Positions 9,470 through 19,481 of a stretch of 64,000 nucleotides of DNA are shown here, piece by piece. The notes under the pieces were generated by a model. That model saw only the letters and a list, made by a program, of their open reading frames with translations, did no database searches and was not told the DNA's origin. The position numbers were made by a program, and so were the translations under genes. How positions within the stretch are numbered: position 1 is the first letter of the stretch; every line of letters starts with the position of its first letter. Source of the DNA: Bradymonadia bacterium (GTDB lineage Bacteria > Myxococcota_A > Bradymonadia > UBA7976 > UBA1532). The stretch lies in assembly GCA_046290225.1 (NCBI GenBank), contig JBKAGE010000043.1, positions 39,003 through 103,002 on the forward strand. The letters are read 5' to 3'.

Positions 9470-12400
9470 TCACTGGCGGCGCTGGAAGCACTCCGCCTCG
9501 TAGTCCACCTGAATGCGACTCCCGGCGGTGGGGATCTGGCCCTCGTTGAAGATCACCGAGTTGCTCTCCTCGTCGTACGCCCAGGCGCCGGGCACCGGGC
9601 GACCGTCCACGGTGACCTCGAGGCTGTCGGCCACCGCAGGGCGGCTCAAGAAGAACTGACGCTGCAGGCCAAAGGCCCGGTTGCCGATCTCCCGCAGGCT
9701 GGTACCGAAGCTGTTGTCGCAGATGCTGTACATCGCGCCGTTGGTGCGATCAGCCACCTCGCCCCAGCGCCGACCGGCAGAGGCGTTCCCGCCTGCGCCC
9801 TCGCAGTCAGAGGGGCGGCCGTTGTCGGCACCCACGATCATGCTGGTGCCCAGCAGTGACTCGTTGCGGAAACCCTTAATGTTCTTCAAGAAGTCGATGT
9901 AGAAGTTCAGCGTGCCTGGGGAGCTGTCGTCCTCGTCGCTGAGGAACACCACCTCGAGGCGGGCCCGCTCGCGCAAGAAGCCGCGGTTGTGACCGCCGCA
10001 GAAGCCGCCGACGCACATATCAGGGGCCACGCAGTCCATGTCGTTGTTGCAGGCGATGCCCGTGTCGAAGGACAAGGGGTTGGACAGCGCCTTCTGAGCA
10101 GCCTCGAGACCCTGCTCGTCACCATCACCACCGGTGCCCACGTCGGCGTTGTTGCCCACGAGGCGGGCCGTGTCGGCGTCTCGGGTCACGATGCGGGGGT
10201 TACCCTGCAGCTTGCCGGACTGGTTCTCGTTGGTCATGTCTGTGGTGATGACACCGATCTGGAAGTTGTTCCGGAACTGATCGGCGCCCCGCAGGAAGTC
10301 GGCGATGCCGTTGCGCAGGTTCTGCTGCTCCTCGCTCATCGAACCTGAGTTGTCGACGACGAGCAGCACGTCGACCTCGCGGCCGCTCACCTGCTCGAAG
10401 ACATCGCTCGTCTCGGCGTCGGGCACACCCTCACCGGTCAGAGGCACGCGGAGCTCCTGGGTGTCGCTGGCGTCGGACTCGAAGACCAGGGCGCACTCGT
10501 CGCCGCCGAGGTTCGCAGGCTCGTACTGCAGCCGCACCTCAGCGGGGATGTTCCGGTTCACCTCGATGCAGCCCTCTTCGTTGGCCACAGGGCGGTCGAC
10601 CACGAAGAACTCGTTGCAGCCGGGGCCGTCGAGGTAGATGTCGGTGATGCAGATGTTGATGATGCCGGTGTTGTAGACCGTCACCCGCTCCTCGCGGCTG
10701 GCGCACTGGCCCGCAGTGACCGCACCGAAGTCGAGCCGCTCGGGAATGACCTCGATGTCGGACTCACCGCTCACGCCCACCAGACGGCCCATGGCCACCC
10801 GCTCCTCCATCAAGTAGGGATCGAAGTAGGTGACGTTGAGCGTGTAGACGTCGGAGTTGAACACCTGCGGGGTGTAGGTGATCTCCACGGGGTTGAAGGA
10901 GCCCGGCCCCACCTGAGGGCCCTGCAGCGGGCGGGTGATGGCGAAGCTCGGAGGGCCGAACATGATGGGGATCAGCGGGGCCACTGTCTGATCGCGGATC
11001 TCGCAGTTCCCGGTGCCCGAGTTCACCACCTCGACCTCGCGGATGCTGAAGCCGCCGCGGCTCACCAGACCGAAGTCGGCGGGGCTCGGCACGATGACGA
11101 GGTTGCAGGTTGGGGCGCCACCACCGACGACGCGGAGGGGCACATCCACCTGGGGCTGCTCAGGATCGTTGTTCTCGATGAGCATGTTGCCCACCGACAC
11201 CTGATTCTCCTGCAAACCCACGTTGTTGTAGAACATGTTGAGCACCAGCAAGCCACGGGGCTCGATGGGATCGTTCACGTTGGCGCCGTCGGCGGCCTCG
11301 AAGCGGAAGTTCGGATCGCCATCGATGGCGACGCTGGAGAGCTCGAGGGGCAGATCGCCACAGTTCACCACGCGGACGGGCACAGGGCCGGCCTCGACAC
11401 CGAGAGCCACCCGGCCGTAGTCGATGGAGCCGGGCTCCACAGAAATGCAGGGGCGCCGCACGCGGCCGCTCACGGGCACGCTGGCGAAGGGGGCCCGTGG
11501 GTCGTTGCTCTGAATCACGATGCCCGAGAGGTGTGTACCGGGCTGCTGAGGGGCGTAGGCCACGGTCATGCGCACTGCGTCGCCGGGCTCGATGGTCAGG
11601 GCGCCCTCAGGCAGGTCGAACTGGAACTGGCCGTTGATCTCGGGGGGGTTGGGCTGAGGGTAGATGCGCTCGATCTCCAGGGGCACGTCGCCGACGTTCT
11701 CCACAAGCACCGTCGCCGGCTCGGTCACTGCGCCGAGATCGACGGCGCCAAAGGCCACCGACTCCGGACTCACCAGAATGCGGGGGCTGGGCTCTTCACC
11801 ACGCAAGGGGATGGTGATGATGGGCAACAGCTCGTCGGTGGTCTCGATGACGAGATCGCCAGAGTCCTGGTTGAGCCCTGTAGGCGTGTAGAGGACCTCG
11901 TAGCTGATCTGGTTCTCGCGATCGAGGGTGGGGCGGGCCTCGAAGTCACCGGTGAGGGTGAAGTCGGGAGAGGTCTCCTCGGTGAGGTAGACATCGACGA
12001 TGTCCACGGGCACTGCACCCAGGTTGATCACCTGCAGCGCCTCCACTGCGCTCGATCCACTCGCCACGGAGCCGAAGAGCAGGCGATCCGGCGCATAGCG
12101 CAGCTCAGCCTGGGCTTCGAGGGCCTGAATGCGGACCACCGTCTCCGGGCGGTCGGGATCATTGCTCTGCAAGACCAGACTGCCGGAGTCTTCACCGGGG
12201 TTGAGCGGGGTGTAGGTCACCATGACCTCTTGAGACTCGCCGGCTTCGAGCACCAGGGGGTACTCGAACTCCGAGAAGCTGAACTCCCGCAAGTCGAGGC
12301 CGTTGGAGGGGGTCATCTCCAAGATGGCGAGCTGGGCGCCGCCCACGTTGGAGATCGTGAAGGCACGGGTCGTGGTCTCATTGAGCGAAATGCCCGAGAA

Positions 12401-12562
12401 CACGATCAGCTCAGGGTCCACCCTGATCTCCGGGAAGTCGGTTTGGGTGAGGTTCCCACCGCCGCCGTCGGAAGAGTCCTCGCACGCAAAGAGCCCAAAG
12501 ACTGCCGAGAGGGACAGCAGAAGGGAGAGAAATCCACGGGATACACCGCTGCAGAGCTGCAT
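9470..12562 (-). CDS. Lipoprotein with 6 choice-of-anchor D/ASH repeats and C-terminal VWA (MIDAS) domain
   Basis: ATG 12562 with GGAGG RBS; lipobox-like GLFAC; six P..(L/I).FG / N.G..(P)L.I / SNDP repeats; VWA motifs VDVLLVVDNSGSM, IGVITTD, EQGLEAA, VVFLSDEDD. Confidence 0.85.
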   Translation of the reverse strand: MQLCSGVSRGFLSLLLSLSAVFGLFACEDSSDGGGGNLTQTDFPEIRVDPELIVFSGISLNETTTRAFTISNVGGAQLAILEMTPSNGLDLREFSFSEFEYPLVLEAGESQEVMVTYTPLNPGEDSGSLVLQSNDPDRPETVVRIQALEAQAELRYAPDRLLFGSVASGSSAVEALQVINLGAVPVDIVDVYLTEETSPDFTLTGDFEARPTLDRENQISYEVLYTPTGLNQDSGDLVIETTDELLPIITIPLRGEEPSPRILVSPESVAFGAVDLGAVTEPATVLVENVGDVPLEIERIYPQPNPPEINGQFQFDLPEGALTIEPGDAVRMTVAYAPQQPGTHLSGIVIQSNDPRAPFASVPVSGRVRRPCISVEPGSIDYGRVALGVEAGPVPVRVVNCGDLPLELSSVAIDGDPNFRFEAADGANVNDPIEPRGLLVLNMFYNNVGLQENQVSVGNMLIENNDPEQPQVDVPLRVVGGGAPTCNLVIVPSPADFGLVSRGGFSIREVEVVNSGTGNCEIRDQTVAPLIPIMFGPPSFAITRPLQGPQVGPGSFNPVEITYTPQVFNSDVYTLNVTYFDPYLMEERVAMGRLVGVSGESDIEVIPERLDFGAVTAGQCASREERVTVYNTGIINICITDIYLDGPGCNEFFVVDRPVANEEGCIEVNRNIPAEVRLQYEPANLGGDECALVFESDASDTQELRVPLTGEGVPDAETSDVFEQVSGREVDVLLVVDNSGSMSEEQQNLRNGIADFLRGADQFRNNFQIGVITTDMTNENQSGKLQGNPRIVTRDADTARLVGNNADVGTGGDGDEQGLEAAQKALSNPLSFDTGIACNNDMDCVAPDMCVGGFCGGHNRGFLRERARLEVVFLSDEDDSSPGTLNFYIDFLKNIKGFRNESLLGTSMIVGADNGRPSDCEGAGGNASAGRRWGEVADRTNGAMYSICDNSFGTSLREIGNRAFGLQRQFFLSRPAVADSLEVTVDGRPVPGAWAYDEESNSVIFNEGQIPTAGSRIQVDYEAECFQRRQ

Positions 12563-12712
12563 CAATCGAACCTCCAGGGGAGAAGCGGCGCAAAACATAG
12601 CAATGGTGCCCGGAGCCCAACAAGGTGAATACAATTTCACCCTGTCGGCGGGCAGACCAGAGAGAGGAAGTGTGGTGCACTCAGGCACCGGATGGACGGC
12701 GGCATGTGCCGA

Positions 12713-14788
12713 TCAGGGGATGACGTATTCCCGCTCGGTGAGCACCTGGTCTTGTGTGGTGATCTCGGGGCACGTGGGGGCGTCGTCGCACCACGCCACG
12801 CTGGCGATCCACCACAACACCCGGTTCTCCTGAATGGGCCGGTCCACCCACTCGGCGAAGAGCTCACCTCGAATGAACAAGCGCACCGTTACATAGGAGA
12901 GGTGATCCATTCGCGGGTCCACCTCAGGGTCATTGAACGTGCTCTGGGCCCGGAAGTAGAGGGCGCCGATGTCGTAGGTCACCCCCACCTCGGGGCTGTC
13001 GAGGTTGATGTTCTCCGGGCCTGCACCGTTGGTGTCGTCGATGTCCAGGGTGGGATCATCCGACTGCTGGCCGGGGATGCCCCAGTCAGGCTGCGTGTTG
13101 CGGAAGTACACCGTCCAGTTGTTGCCTTCCTGGCCCCAACGGCCCTCAGCGTTCTGATGGCGCAGGTGCAAGTCGATGTCGGTGCCGATGTCGTCGGTCT
13201 CGTCGGGATCGTCGGGGGTGGACCACACCATCTGGATGTGCATGTCCCGCTCGGGGATCGCCAGGATGCTCAAGGTGGCCACCGGGGGATCACAGCTGGC
13301 CTGGCCGAGAGCGTCGATGACGCGCAGCTCCAAGGTGTACTCCCCGGCGAGGTCGACGAAGAACAGCGCCTGCGGCGTGGTGTCGTCGTCATCTGGGCCG
13401 CCATCTGCAGGACGGGTGGGGTTCTCGTACGACTCCACAGGCTCGCTCACGCTGCCGTCGGGGCGGGAGACCACCGTCCATTGCCAGCGGCGGACCTCGC
13501 CGTCGGGATCCGTCGACGCCGCACCATCGAGGGTGATGATGTCGAGGGGAGCTACGTTGATCGACTCCTGCCGCACCACGGGGATCGGACAGGCGTTGTC
13601 CACGCCACGGCCGAAGAGGTCGATGCGTAGCGGGCTGGGATCGCCGTTGCTGTAAATGAGCAGAGCGCCGCCGTAGCCGGTGAGCTCCGTGGGCCAGAAA
13701 CCCACCTCCACCAGTTGAGCAGGGAAGTTGCCGTCGGGCCCTGCGGCTGCGAGCTCGAACAAGGTGCCGTCTTCAGCGGGCTCGAACTCCGAGAGCACCC
13801 GGAACACGCCATCTGCCCCTTCGATCTCCATGCGGCTCACCTTGAGCGGGGTGGTGCCACAGCTCTCGATGCTCACCGAGCGCCGGTTGAAGGTCTCGGC
13901 GTCGAGGCTCTCCACCAACAGGGCGGATCCGAAGTCCAGGGTGTCGGGGAGGGCCTGAATACAGGCGGCGGCACCATTCGCCCTCAGCACCACCGTCGCC
14001 ACTGGCTCCACGGCGTCGTTCGACTCGACGAGCAGCTCACCGGCGTCGGGGCCCAGGGTGGGGGGAGAGTAGGTCACCGTGATGGTCTCGGAGGCCAGAG
14101 GCTCGAGCACCAGAGGATCATCAGAGAGATCACCAATGATGTCGCGATCACCGAGGCGAGCCCCAAAGTCGGCGCTGCCGTTGATGGACAGTCGCGTCAC
14201 CGTGAGTACGCCGGTGCCGGCGTTGGAGATCGTGAGCTCCTGCTCCCCCGTCTGGTTCGCCTCCACCTGACCGAAGTCCACGGTGCGCGGCGTCAGCCTG
14301 ATCTCAGCGCCGGACTCGCCGGCGATGATGGGCAGGACGACGTTGCCCCGCTCCGGATCGTTGGTCCGCAGGGTGATGCTGCCAGAGTCCACCACCTCGT
14401 CTTCGGCGGAGTAGGTGACGATGAGGTTCATCGACTCGGCCTGCCCTGGGGCAAGCTCGATGACACCACCGGGCGGGGGCTCGGCGCCGTTGCCCCGGTC
14501 CACCTCCAAGCGGAACTCACCGGCAGACGAGTCGTCGACGAGGGTGATGTCGGCCATCTGCAGCGGCGCGGAGCCAGGGTTGGTCACCGTGATCTCGAGG
14601 ACTCGGGTCTCTCCTGCGGCGAGCCGCGGAAAAGAGAACGAGTCGGGTGAGGCGCTGAACTCGGGGGTGTCACCGGCCTCGATGCTGCTGTCACACCCCG
14701 AGAAGAGGGTGGCCAGCGCGCCGAGCAGGCTCAAAACAATCAATCGTTGCACGTTCAAGACTCCAGGTGTGCTGGAAGGATGATGCAT
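12713..14788 (-). CDS. Lipoprotein with 3 ASH repeats, PKD-like domain and YfaP/DUF2135-like C-terminal domain
   Basis: Lipobox FSGC; LDGAASTDPDG..WQWTVVSRP (PKD-like); DIDLHL ... PTLDIDDTNGAGPENINL (YfaP-like). Start codon uncertain. Confidence 0.8.
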   Translation of the reverse strand: MHHPSSTPGVLNVQRLIVLSLLGALATLFSGCDSSIEAGDTPEFSASPDSFSFPRLAAGETRVLEITVTNPGSAPLQMADITLVDDSSAGEFRLEVDRGNGAEPPPGGVIELAPGQAESMNLIVTYSAEDEVVDSGSITLRTNDPERGNVVLPIIAGESGAEIRLTPRTVDFGQVEANQTGEQELTISNAGTGVLTVTRLSINGSADFGARLGDRDIIGDLSDDPLVLEPLASETITVTYSPPTLGPDAGELLVESNDAVEPVATVVLRANGAAACIQALPDTLDFGSALLVESLDAETFNRRSVSIESCGTTPLKVSRMEIEGADGVFRVLSEFEPAEDGTLFELAAAGPDGNFPAQLVEVGFWPTELTGYGGALLIYSNGDPSPLRIDLFGRGVDNACPIPVVRQESINVAPLDIITLDGAASTDPDGEVRRWQWTVVSRPDGSVSEPVESYENPTRPADGGPDDDDTTPQALFFVDLAGEYTLELRVIDALGQASCDPPVATLSILAIPERDMHIQMVWSTPDDPDETDDIGTDIDLHLRHQNAEGRWGQEGNNWTVYFRNTQPDWGIPGQQSDDPTLDIDDTNGAGPENINLDSPEVGVTYDIGALYFRAQSTFNDPEVDPRMDHLSYVTVRLFIRGELFAEWVDRPIQENRVLWWIASVAWCDDAPTCPEITTQDQVLTEREYVIP

Positions 14789-14869
14789 TGGCCGGGGTCG
14801 GCGCGACCGAAGGCAGGATTAAATTCCGAATGAGTGAACTTGGGGGGCAGGGGCGGGGGGCGCTCCGGA

Positions 14870-16945
14870 TCAGGGGCGCTGGTCGTAGTAGCGGTCGGCG
14901 GTCTCAACCGTGCCGCCCTCGGGGCCCCACTGAATGCGGGCGGCGTCCCAGAAGTGGTCTGCTGCCTGCATCTCCTTCTCGTTCCCGTCGAAGTCCCAGG
15001 CCAGCTCACCCTGAATGAAGATGCGCAGCCGGGCGAAAGAGGCACCGTACTCGAAGTCACCGAGCAGGTCGTTGCTGCGGTAGTAGTGCACACCCACGAG
15101 GTAGGGGGCGCCGAGCAGGGTGGTGTTCTCGGGGTTGTTCAGGTTGATGTTCTCCGGGCCGGAGCCATTGGCGTCGTCCACGTCGAGGACCGGGTTGTCC
15201 GAGGGATCGTCGTTCACGCCCCAGTCGGGCTTGCTGTTCTCGTAGTAGCAGTCGAAGGGCGCCGCGAACCAGCCGTCGGCGAAGGGGTGCACGAGGTGCA
15301 GGTCGAGGTCGGTGCCCCGGCCGTCGGTCTCGTCAGGATCTTCAGGGGTACGCCAGGTCAGCTGCACCAGGATGTCTTCCTGAGGCTCGGCGACGATGGT
15401 CATGCGGCCGGAGGTCTGGCACTGGTCCGAGGACAGCCCGAGGTTGTCGGTGACCCGCAGCTCCACCACGTAGGTCCCAGCGACGTCGATCCAGAGCTGG
15501 GCGAAGGGGGTGGTGGGGTTCTGAGCCGGGCCCATGGAAGGATCAGCGGGGCTGAGTCGATCAGAGGGCTGGCTCACCGAGCCCTCGGGGCGGGAGACCA
15601 CCACCCACTCGTAGAAGGCCGGCTGGCCGCTGGGGCTGTCCTGGTCGATGGAGGGGGAGCCATCGAGGAGCACCACGTCGAGGGGGGAGACGAACAGCTC
15701 GTTCTGCGCGGGGATGGCCTGAGGGCAGGCGTTGGAGACGCCGCGACCCAGAAGGCTGATCTCCTTGATGGGATCAAAGGGATCGTTGGTCTCCACCAGG
15801 ATCACGCCGTTGTGTACGCGCTCTTCGAGGGGGCTGAAGTTCACCTGCAGGGTGCGGGAGGTCCGGGAGCCGTCGTCGGCCACAGGGGGCAGAATCTCCG
15901 GCAGGCCACCGGCGAAGGTCTCGTCGAAGACCGCGGTGTCGAGCTCGAAGGCCTCGTCGGCCCCAGCGTCGAGGTTCACGCTGATGATCTCGAGGGGCTG
16001 GGTGCCGCAGCTCTCCAGGGTGAAAGAGCGGCTGTCGGTGCGGTTCACCAAGCTGGTGCGGAACTCCACTGCTGAGGGCACGGCCTCGAGGCAGGGGATG
16101 GCGCCGTTGGCCCGCAGGTCGATGGAGACAAGGGGTTGAATGGGATCGTTGCTCACGATCTGGATCTCACCGGCGTCGGGACCCTCGGTCACCGGCGCGT
16201 ACTTCACCTTGAGGATGACGGACGCACCAGGGGACAACCCGGGCTCGCCATCTTGATCGGGATCCTCAAGCAGCTCGGTGAACTGACGGATGTCCCGGTC
16301 GAGGAGCAGGGGGGTGAAGTCAGGGGAGCCAGCAGAGCGGATGTCGGAGATGAGCAGGGGCAGCTGACCGCGGTTGCTGATCGAGGCCTCAAGGATCTTC
16401 TCCTGGCCGGCGTCGACGCGCTCGAAGTCGAGGCTGAGGGGGTTGACGCCGATCTCGGGGATGGCGTCGCTGGTGACGACGGGGATGGTCACCGCGGAGT
16501 TGGCGAGGTTGGTCTGAAGCACGATGTCGCCGACGTCGCGATCTTCGTCCGTGGGGGTGTAGACCAGCTTCAAGCGCAGTCGCTCGTCGGTCTGCAGGGC
16601 GATGCGCTCAGTGAGGCTGCTCTGCTCGGCGCCGTCGGGCCCGATGAAGGAGAAGACGAACTCGCCGTTGAGGTTCACGTTGATGCCCTCGATGATCAGC
16701 GCGCCGTCACCGATGGACACCACCTCCACTTCCTGGGTGACGCTGTCGTCGATGTTCACTCTTGGGAAAGTGAACTCACCAGGGTTGATGTCGATCTCAG
16801 GGGTGGTCCCCGACGTGATGGTCTCGCCACAGCCGATGCCGACCATGGCTGCTGCGAGTACCGCGAGGCCAAACCAGGCAATCGGCGCCCGCTGAGAAGA
16901 AGGCTGGGACGAGGACTGGCCAGTGGCGGGTCCGGAACGGAGCAT
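14870..16945 (-). CDS. Paralogous lipoprotein with 3 ASH repeats, PKD-like and YfaP/DUF2135-like domains
   Basis: ATG 16945 with GAGGGG RBS; lipobox-like GIGC; colinear with 12713-14788 (ESCGT.PL, LLGRGVSNACP, DLDLHL, PVLDVDDANGSGPENINL). Confidence 0.8.
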   Translation of the reverse strand: MLRSGPATGQSSSQPSSQRAPIAWFGLAVLAAAMVGIGCGETITSGTTPEIDINPGEFTFPRVNIDDSVTQEVEVVSIGDGALIIEGINVNLNGEFVFSFIGPDGAEQSSLTERIALQTDERLRLKLVYTPTDEDRDVGDIVLQTNLANSAVTIPVVTSDAIPEIGVNPLSLDFERVDAGQEKILEASISNRGQLPLLISDIRSAGSPDFTPLLLDRDIRQFTELLEDPDQDGEPGLSPGASVILKVKYAPVTEGPDAGEIQIVSNDPIQPLVSIDLRANGAIPCLEAVPSAVEFRTSLVNRTDSRSFTLESCGTQPLEIISVNLDAGADEAFELDTAVFDETFAGGLPEILPPVADDGSRTSRTLQVNFSPLEERVHNGVILVETNDPFDPIKEISLLGRGVSNACPQAIPAQNELFVSPLDVVLLDGSPSIDQDSPSGQPAFYEWVVVSRPEGSVSQPSDRLSPADPSMGPAQNPTTPFAQLWIDVAGTYVVELRVTDNLGLSSDQCQTSGRMTIVAEPQEDILVQLTWRTPEDPDETDGRGTDLDLHLVHPFADGWFAAPFDCYYENSKPDWGVNDDPSDNPVLDVDDANGSGPENINLNNPENTTLLGAPYLVGVHYYRSNDLLGDFEYGASFARLRIFIQGELAWDFDGNEKEMQAADHFWDAARIQWGPEGGTVETADRYYDQRP

Positions 16946-17042
16946 GAGATCCCCCTCATACGGTGGGTGAGCGCAAGGCGCAGGACACAGACGCACTATT
17001 GCGCATTACGGCCATCATTCGGAAGACGCCAGAACACCCCAC

Positions 17043-17060
17043 AGTGAAATTTTTTTCACT
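17043..17060. promoter_or_regulatory. Perfect palindrome AGTGAAA-N4-TTTCACT, candidate operator in the divergent promoter region
   Basis: AT-rich 7-bp inverted repeat between the divergent ASH-lipoprotein and glt-like operons. Confidence 0.45.
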
Positions 17061-17213
17061 CGGTGTGCTCGGGAACCTGCCTTTGTAATCCATGGCCGCG
17101 CAAGGCACGTGGGCGCAAGCCTATTCAAGGCGTGCGAGTAGAGTCAAATCGGGCGCCAAGTGTCACTTTGTGAACAAATTTGCCCTGGGCACGACACCCC
17201 ATAAGGAGCCACG

Positions 17214-17243
17214 TTGACACTCAAGTAGGGCACATGCTAGCAA
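17214..17243 (+). promoter_or_regulatory. Candidate sigma70 promoter for the cglB-like/glt operon
   Basis: TTGACA (17214-17219), 18-nt spacer ending in TGn, TAGCAA (17238-17243). Confidence 0.35.
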
Positions 17244-17357
17244 GGCGCGTTCGCTCAGCCGGGTGGCCCTACCCAAGACCCAAGGCGCCTCCAGCACCTG
17301 GGAGAAAACCCTGTGCGATTTGTATCCCCGCGCCGAGCGATTCTCGGAGGAAATATC

Positions 17358-18596
17358 TTGAGAAACAGCATGCGAACGCTCGCCACCCCCATGTTGGTGG
17401 CAGCCGTTGCGGCATCGGCGGCGTGTGACGCCACCGTCGCCCTGGACACGACGCGCCCGACCTTCACTCGGATCCTCTCCGCCGGCGCATGCGCCACCGC
17501 GGACAACCTCTCCGAGTTCGATCACTCCGTGCTCCTCCTCAACAAGGATCAGTTCATCCTGCCCAACCAGCGTCTGCGCAACGAGCGCCAGCCGCTGTCT
17601 GAGGTGATCGAGGCTGGAGACTTCGACTACAACTGTCCCGTGGAGCGCGCCTCCTGCGGTGACGGTGAGGGCGCCGCTCAGTCCGCCAGCAACCCCACCG
17701 ATCAGCAGGTCAACCTGCTGGTCGAAGAGGTGGAGTTCCGCTGGTCCGGCGGCGAAGAGCGCCAGAGCGACGAGCGCCTCGTCATCTTGATGATGGACAA
17801 CTCGGTGAGCCTCATCGGTGGCGATCCGCAGTCGCCCACCATCGACACCAACCGGGCCTCCGACCCCAACCGCGAGCGCATCACGTTCTTCCGCGAGCTG
17901 GTGAGCGACTTCCCCACCGAGAGCAGCAACGGCACCGGTGAGGTGAAGACCTGGGTGTCGGTGATGAAGTTCGACAGCCTGCCCATCATCGAGTCCGACT
18001 GCGCGTCGCCCTCGGTGAGCCGGGACGTCACCAACGACTGTCTCAACAAGTACAGCCGTGGCGAGGATGGCCCCACCAACATGTGGGACGCCCTCAACGA
18101 CGTCTACACCAAGATCATCACCAGCGATGCCGCCGACGGCCTCAACCCCACGGTGATCCTCTTCACCGACGGCAACGAGGGCAACGACGCCTCGGCGACC
18201 AGCATGGCCGACGCCATGCGCCCCTACATCGACAACCAGATCCCAGTGCTCGTCGTGCAGCTCCAGCCGCCTCGCCTCGCCGGCGACGATCGGCAGGGCC
18301 GCACCGCCGACCTCGTCGACTTCGCGTGCGAGACGTCGGGCCAGCACTTCTTCCTCGAGCGCCCCAACGAGTTCAGCGCCCGCCGCGACTTGCGCGTCAT
18401 TCTGCGCAACCGCGTCGCCGGCGCCTGGAACCTCCGGGTGCGTTCTACTCTGGGCAGCAACGACCGATTCCCCGCGGGCAACGAGTTCTTCCTGTCGACC
18501 GAGCTGAGCGGCACTGTGGCCGACATCACGCGAGCGGTCGAGATGTCCCGATCCACCGACACCCTGATCGACAACCGTCTCTGGTTTAACAAGTGA
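17358..18596 (+). CDS. VWA-domain lipoprotein, CglB-like gliding adhesin candidate
   Basis: GGAGG RBS 7 nt before TTG 17358 (alternative ATG 17370); lipobox SAAC; MIDAS motifs LVILMMDNSVS, GPTNMWDAL, VILFTDG; several Cys; first gene of the glt-like cluster. Confidence 0.7.
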   Translation: MRNSMRTLATPMLVAAVAASAACDATVALDTTRPTFTRILSAGACATADNLSEFDHSVLLLNKDQFILPNQRLRNERQPLSEVIEAGDFDYNCPVERASCGDGEGAAQSASNPTDQQVNLLVEEVEFRWSGGEERQSDERLVILMMDNSVSLIGGDPQSPTIDTNRASDPNRERITFFRELVSDFPTESSNGTGEVKTWVSVMKFDSLPIIESDCASPSVSRDVTNDCLNKYSRGEDGPTNMWDALNDVYTKIITSDAADGLNPTVILFTDGNEGNDASATSMADAMRPYIDNQIPVLVVQLQPPRLAGDDRQGRTADLVDFACETSGQHFFLERPNEFSARRDLRVILRNRVAGAWNLRVRSTLGSNDRFPAGNEFFLSTELSGTVADITRAVEMSRSTDTLIDNRLWFNK

Positions 18597-18634
18597 TGGT
18601 TGCACGACCTGGCACGGGCCAAGGCGAGATAAGC

Positions 18635-19435
18635 ATGAGGCGAATGATTCTTTGGGCGCTTGCAGCGCTGTGGTGCACCGGACCGGCTTACGCCCAGGAA
18701 ACCGACACCGAGACCGCAACTGAAGAGGCTGGCGAGGCCGCCGCTGAGGAGACTTCTGGCGAAGCGAGCAGCGCCGCCGAAGCCGACTCGAGCGACAACG
18801 CCACCGCAGGGCAGAAGGCCATCGACGAAGATGCCAAGCTGTTCTGGGCCGAGCGCAGAAAGGTGAACATCGTTCAGCGCCGCCTCTTCGAGAAAGACGG
18901 CAAGCTCGAGCTGACCCCCTACTTCGGCGTCGTGCCCAACGACGACTTCATCGTGTACTACCCGATGGGTCTCCGGGCGGGCTACCACTTCTCCGAGGCC
19001 TTCGCTGTCGAGGCGTCCTTCGCCTACGCTTCGGAGTCCAACTCCGACCTCGCCGACTTCCTCGAGAACGAGATCGGGCTCAACCGCGCCCAGCTGCGTC
19101 AGATCGTGAAGATGTACTACAACGTCAACCTGTTGTGGTCCCCCATCTACGGCAAGATCAGCTTCCTCGGTCAGAAGCTCACCCACTTCGATCTCTACGT
19201 GGGCATCGGCGCCGGGAACACCCACCTGGACGAGTTCACCGAGCTCAACCCCGAGCCCAACAACAAGACCGACAACTTCGGCGGTAACTACATCGTCGGT
19301 TTCCGTTGGTACCTCACCGATCTGATCAACGTTCGCACCGACTTCCGCCACTACTTCTTCCCCAAGGTGGGCGGAGGGATCTCGAAGCTGACCGAGATCA
19401 CTGGCGGTGTTGGCATCCTGTTTGACGCGTTCTGA
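18635..19435 (+). CDS. Outer-membrane beta-barrel protein, GltA/GltB-like
   Basis: Signal peptide AYA|QE; VNIVQRRLFEKDGKLELTP, NDDF, LLWSPIYGKISFLG..THFDLY, typical of myxobacterial Glt barrels; terminal Phe. Confidence 0.8.
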   Translation: MRRMILWALAALWCTGPAYAQETDTETATEEAGEAAAEETSGEASSAAEADSSDNATAGQKAIDEDAKLFWAERRKVNIVQRRLFEKDGKLELTPYFGVVPNDDFIVYYPMGLRAGYHFSEAFAVEASFAYASESNSDLADFLENEIGLNRAQLRQIVKMYYNVNLLWSPIYGKISFLGQKLTHFDLYVGIGAGNTHLDEFTELNPEPNNKTDNFGGNYIVGFRWYLTDLINVRTDFRHYFFPKVGGGISKLTEITGGVGILFDAF

Positions 19436-19481
19436 GGAGTCGCCCCTTATGCCTGCCCATCGATATGCACGAGGGCGACGC

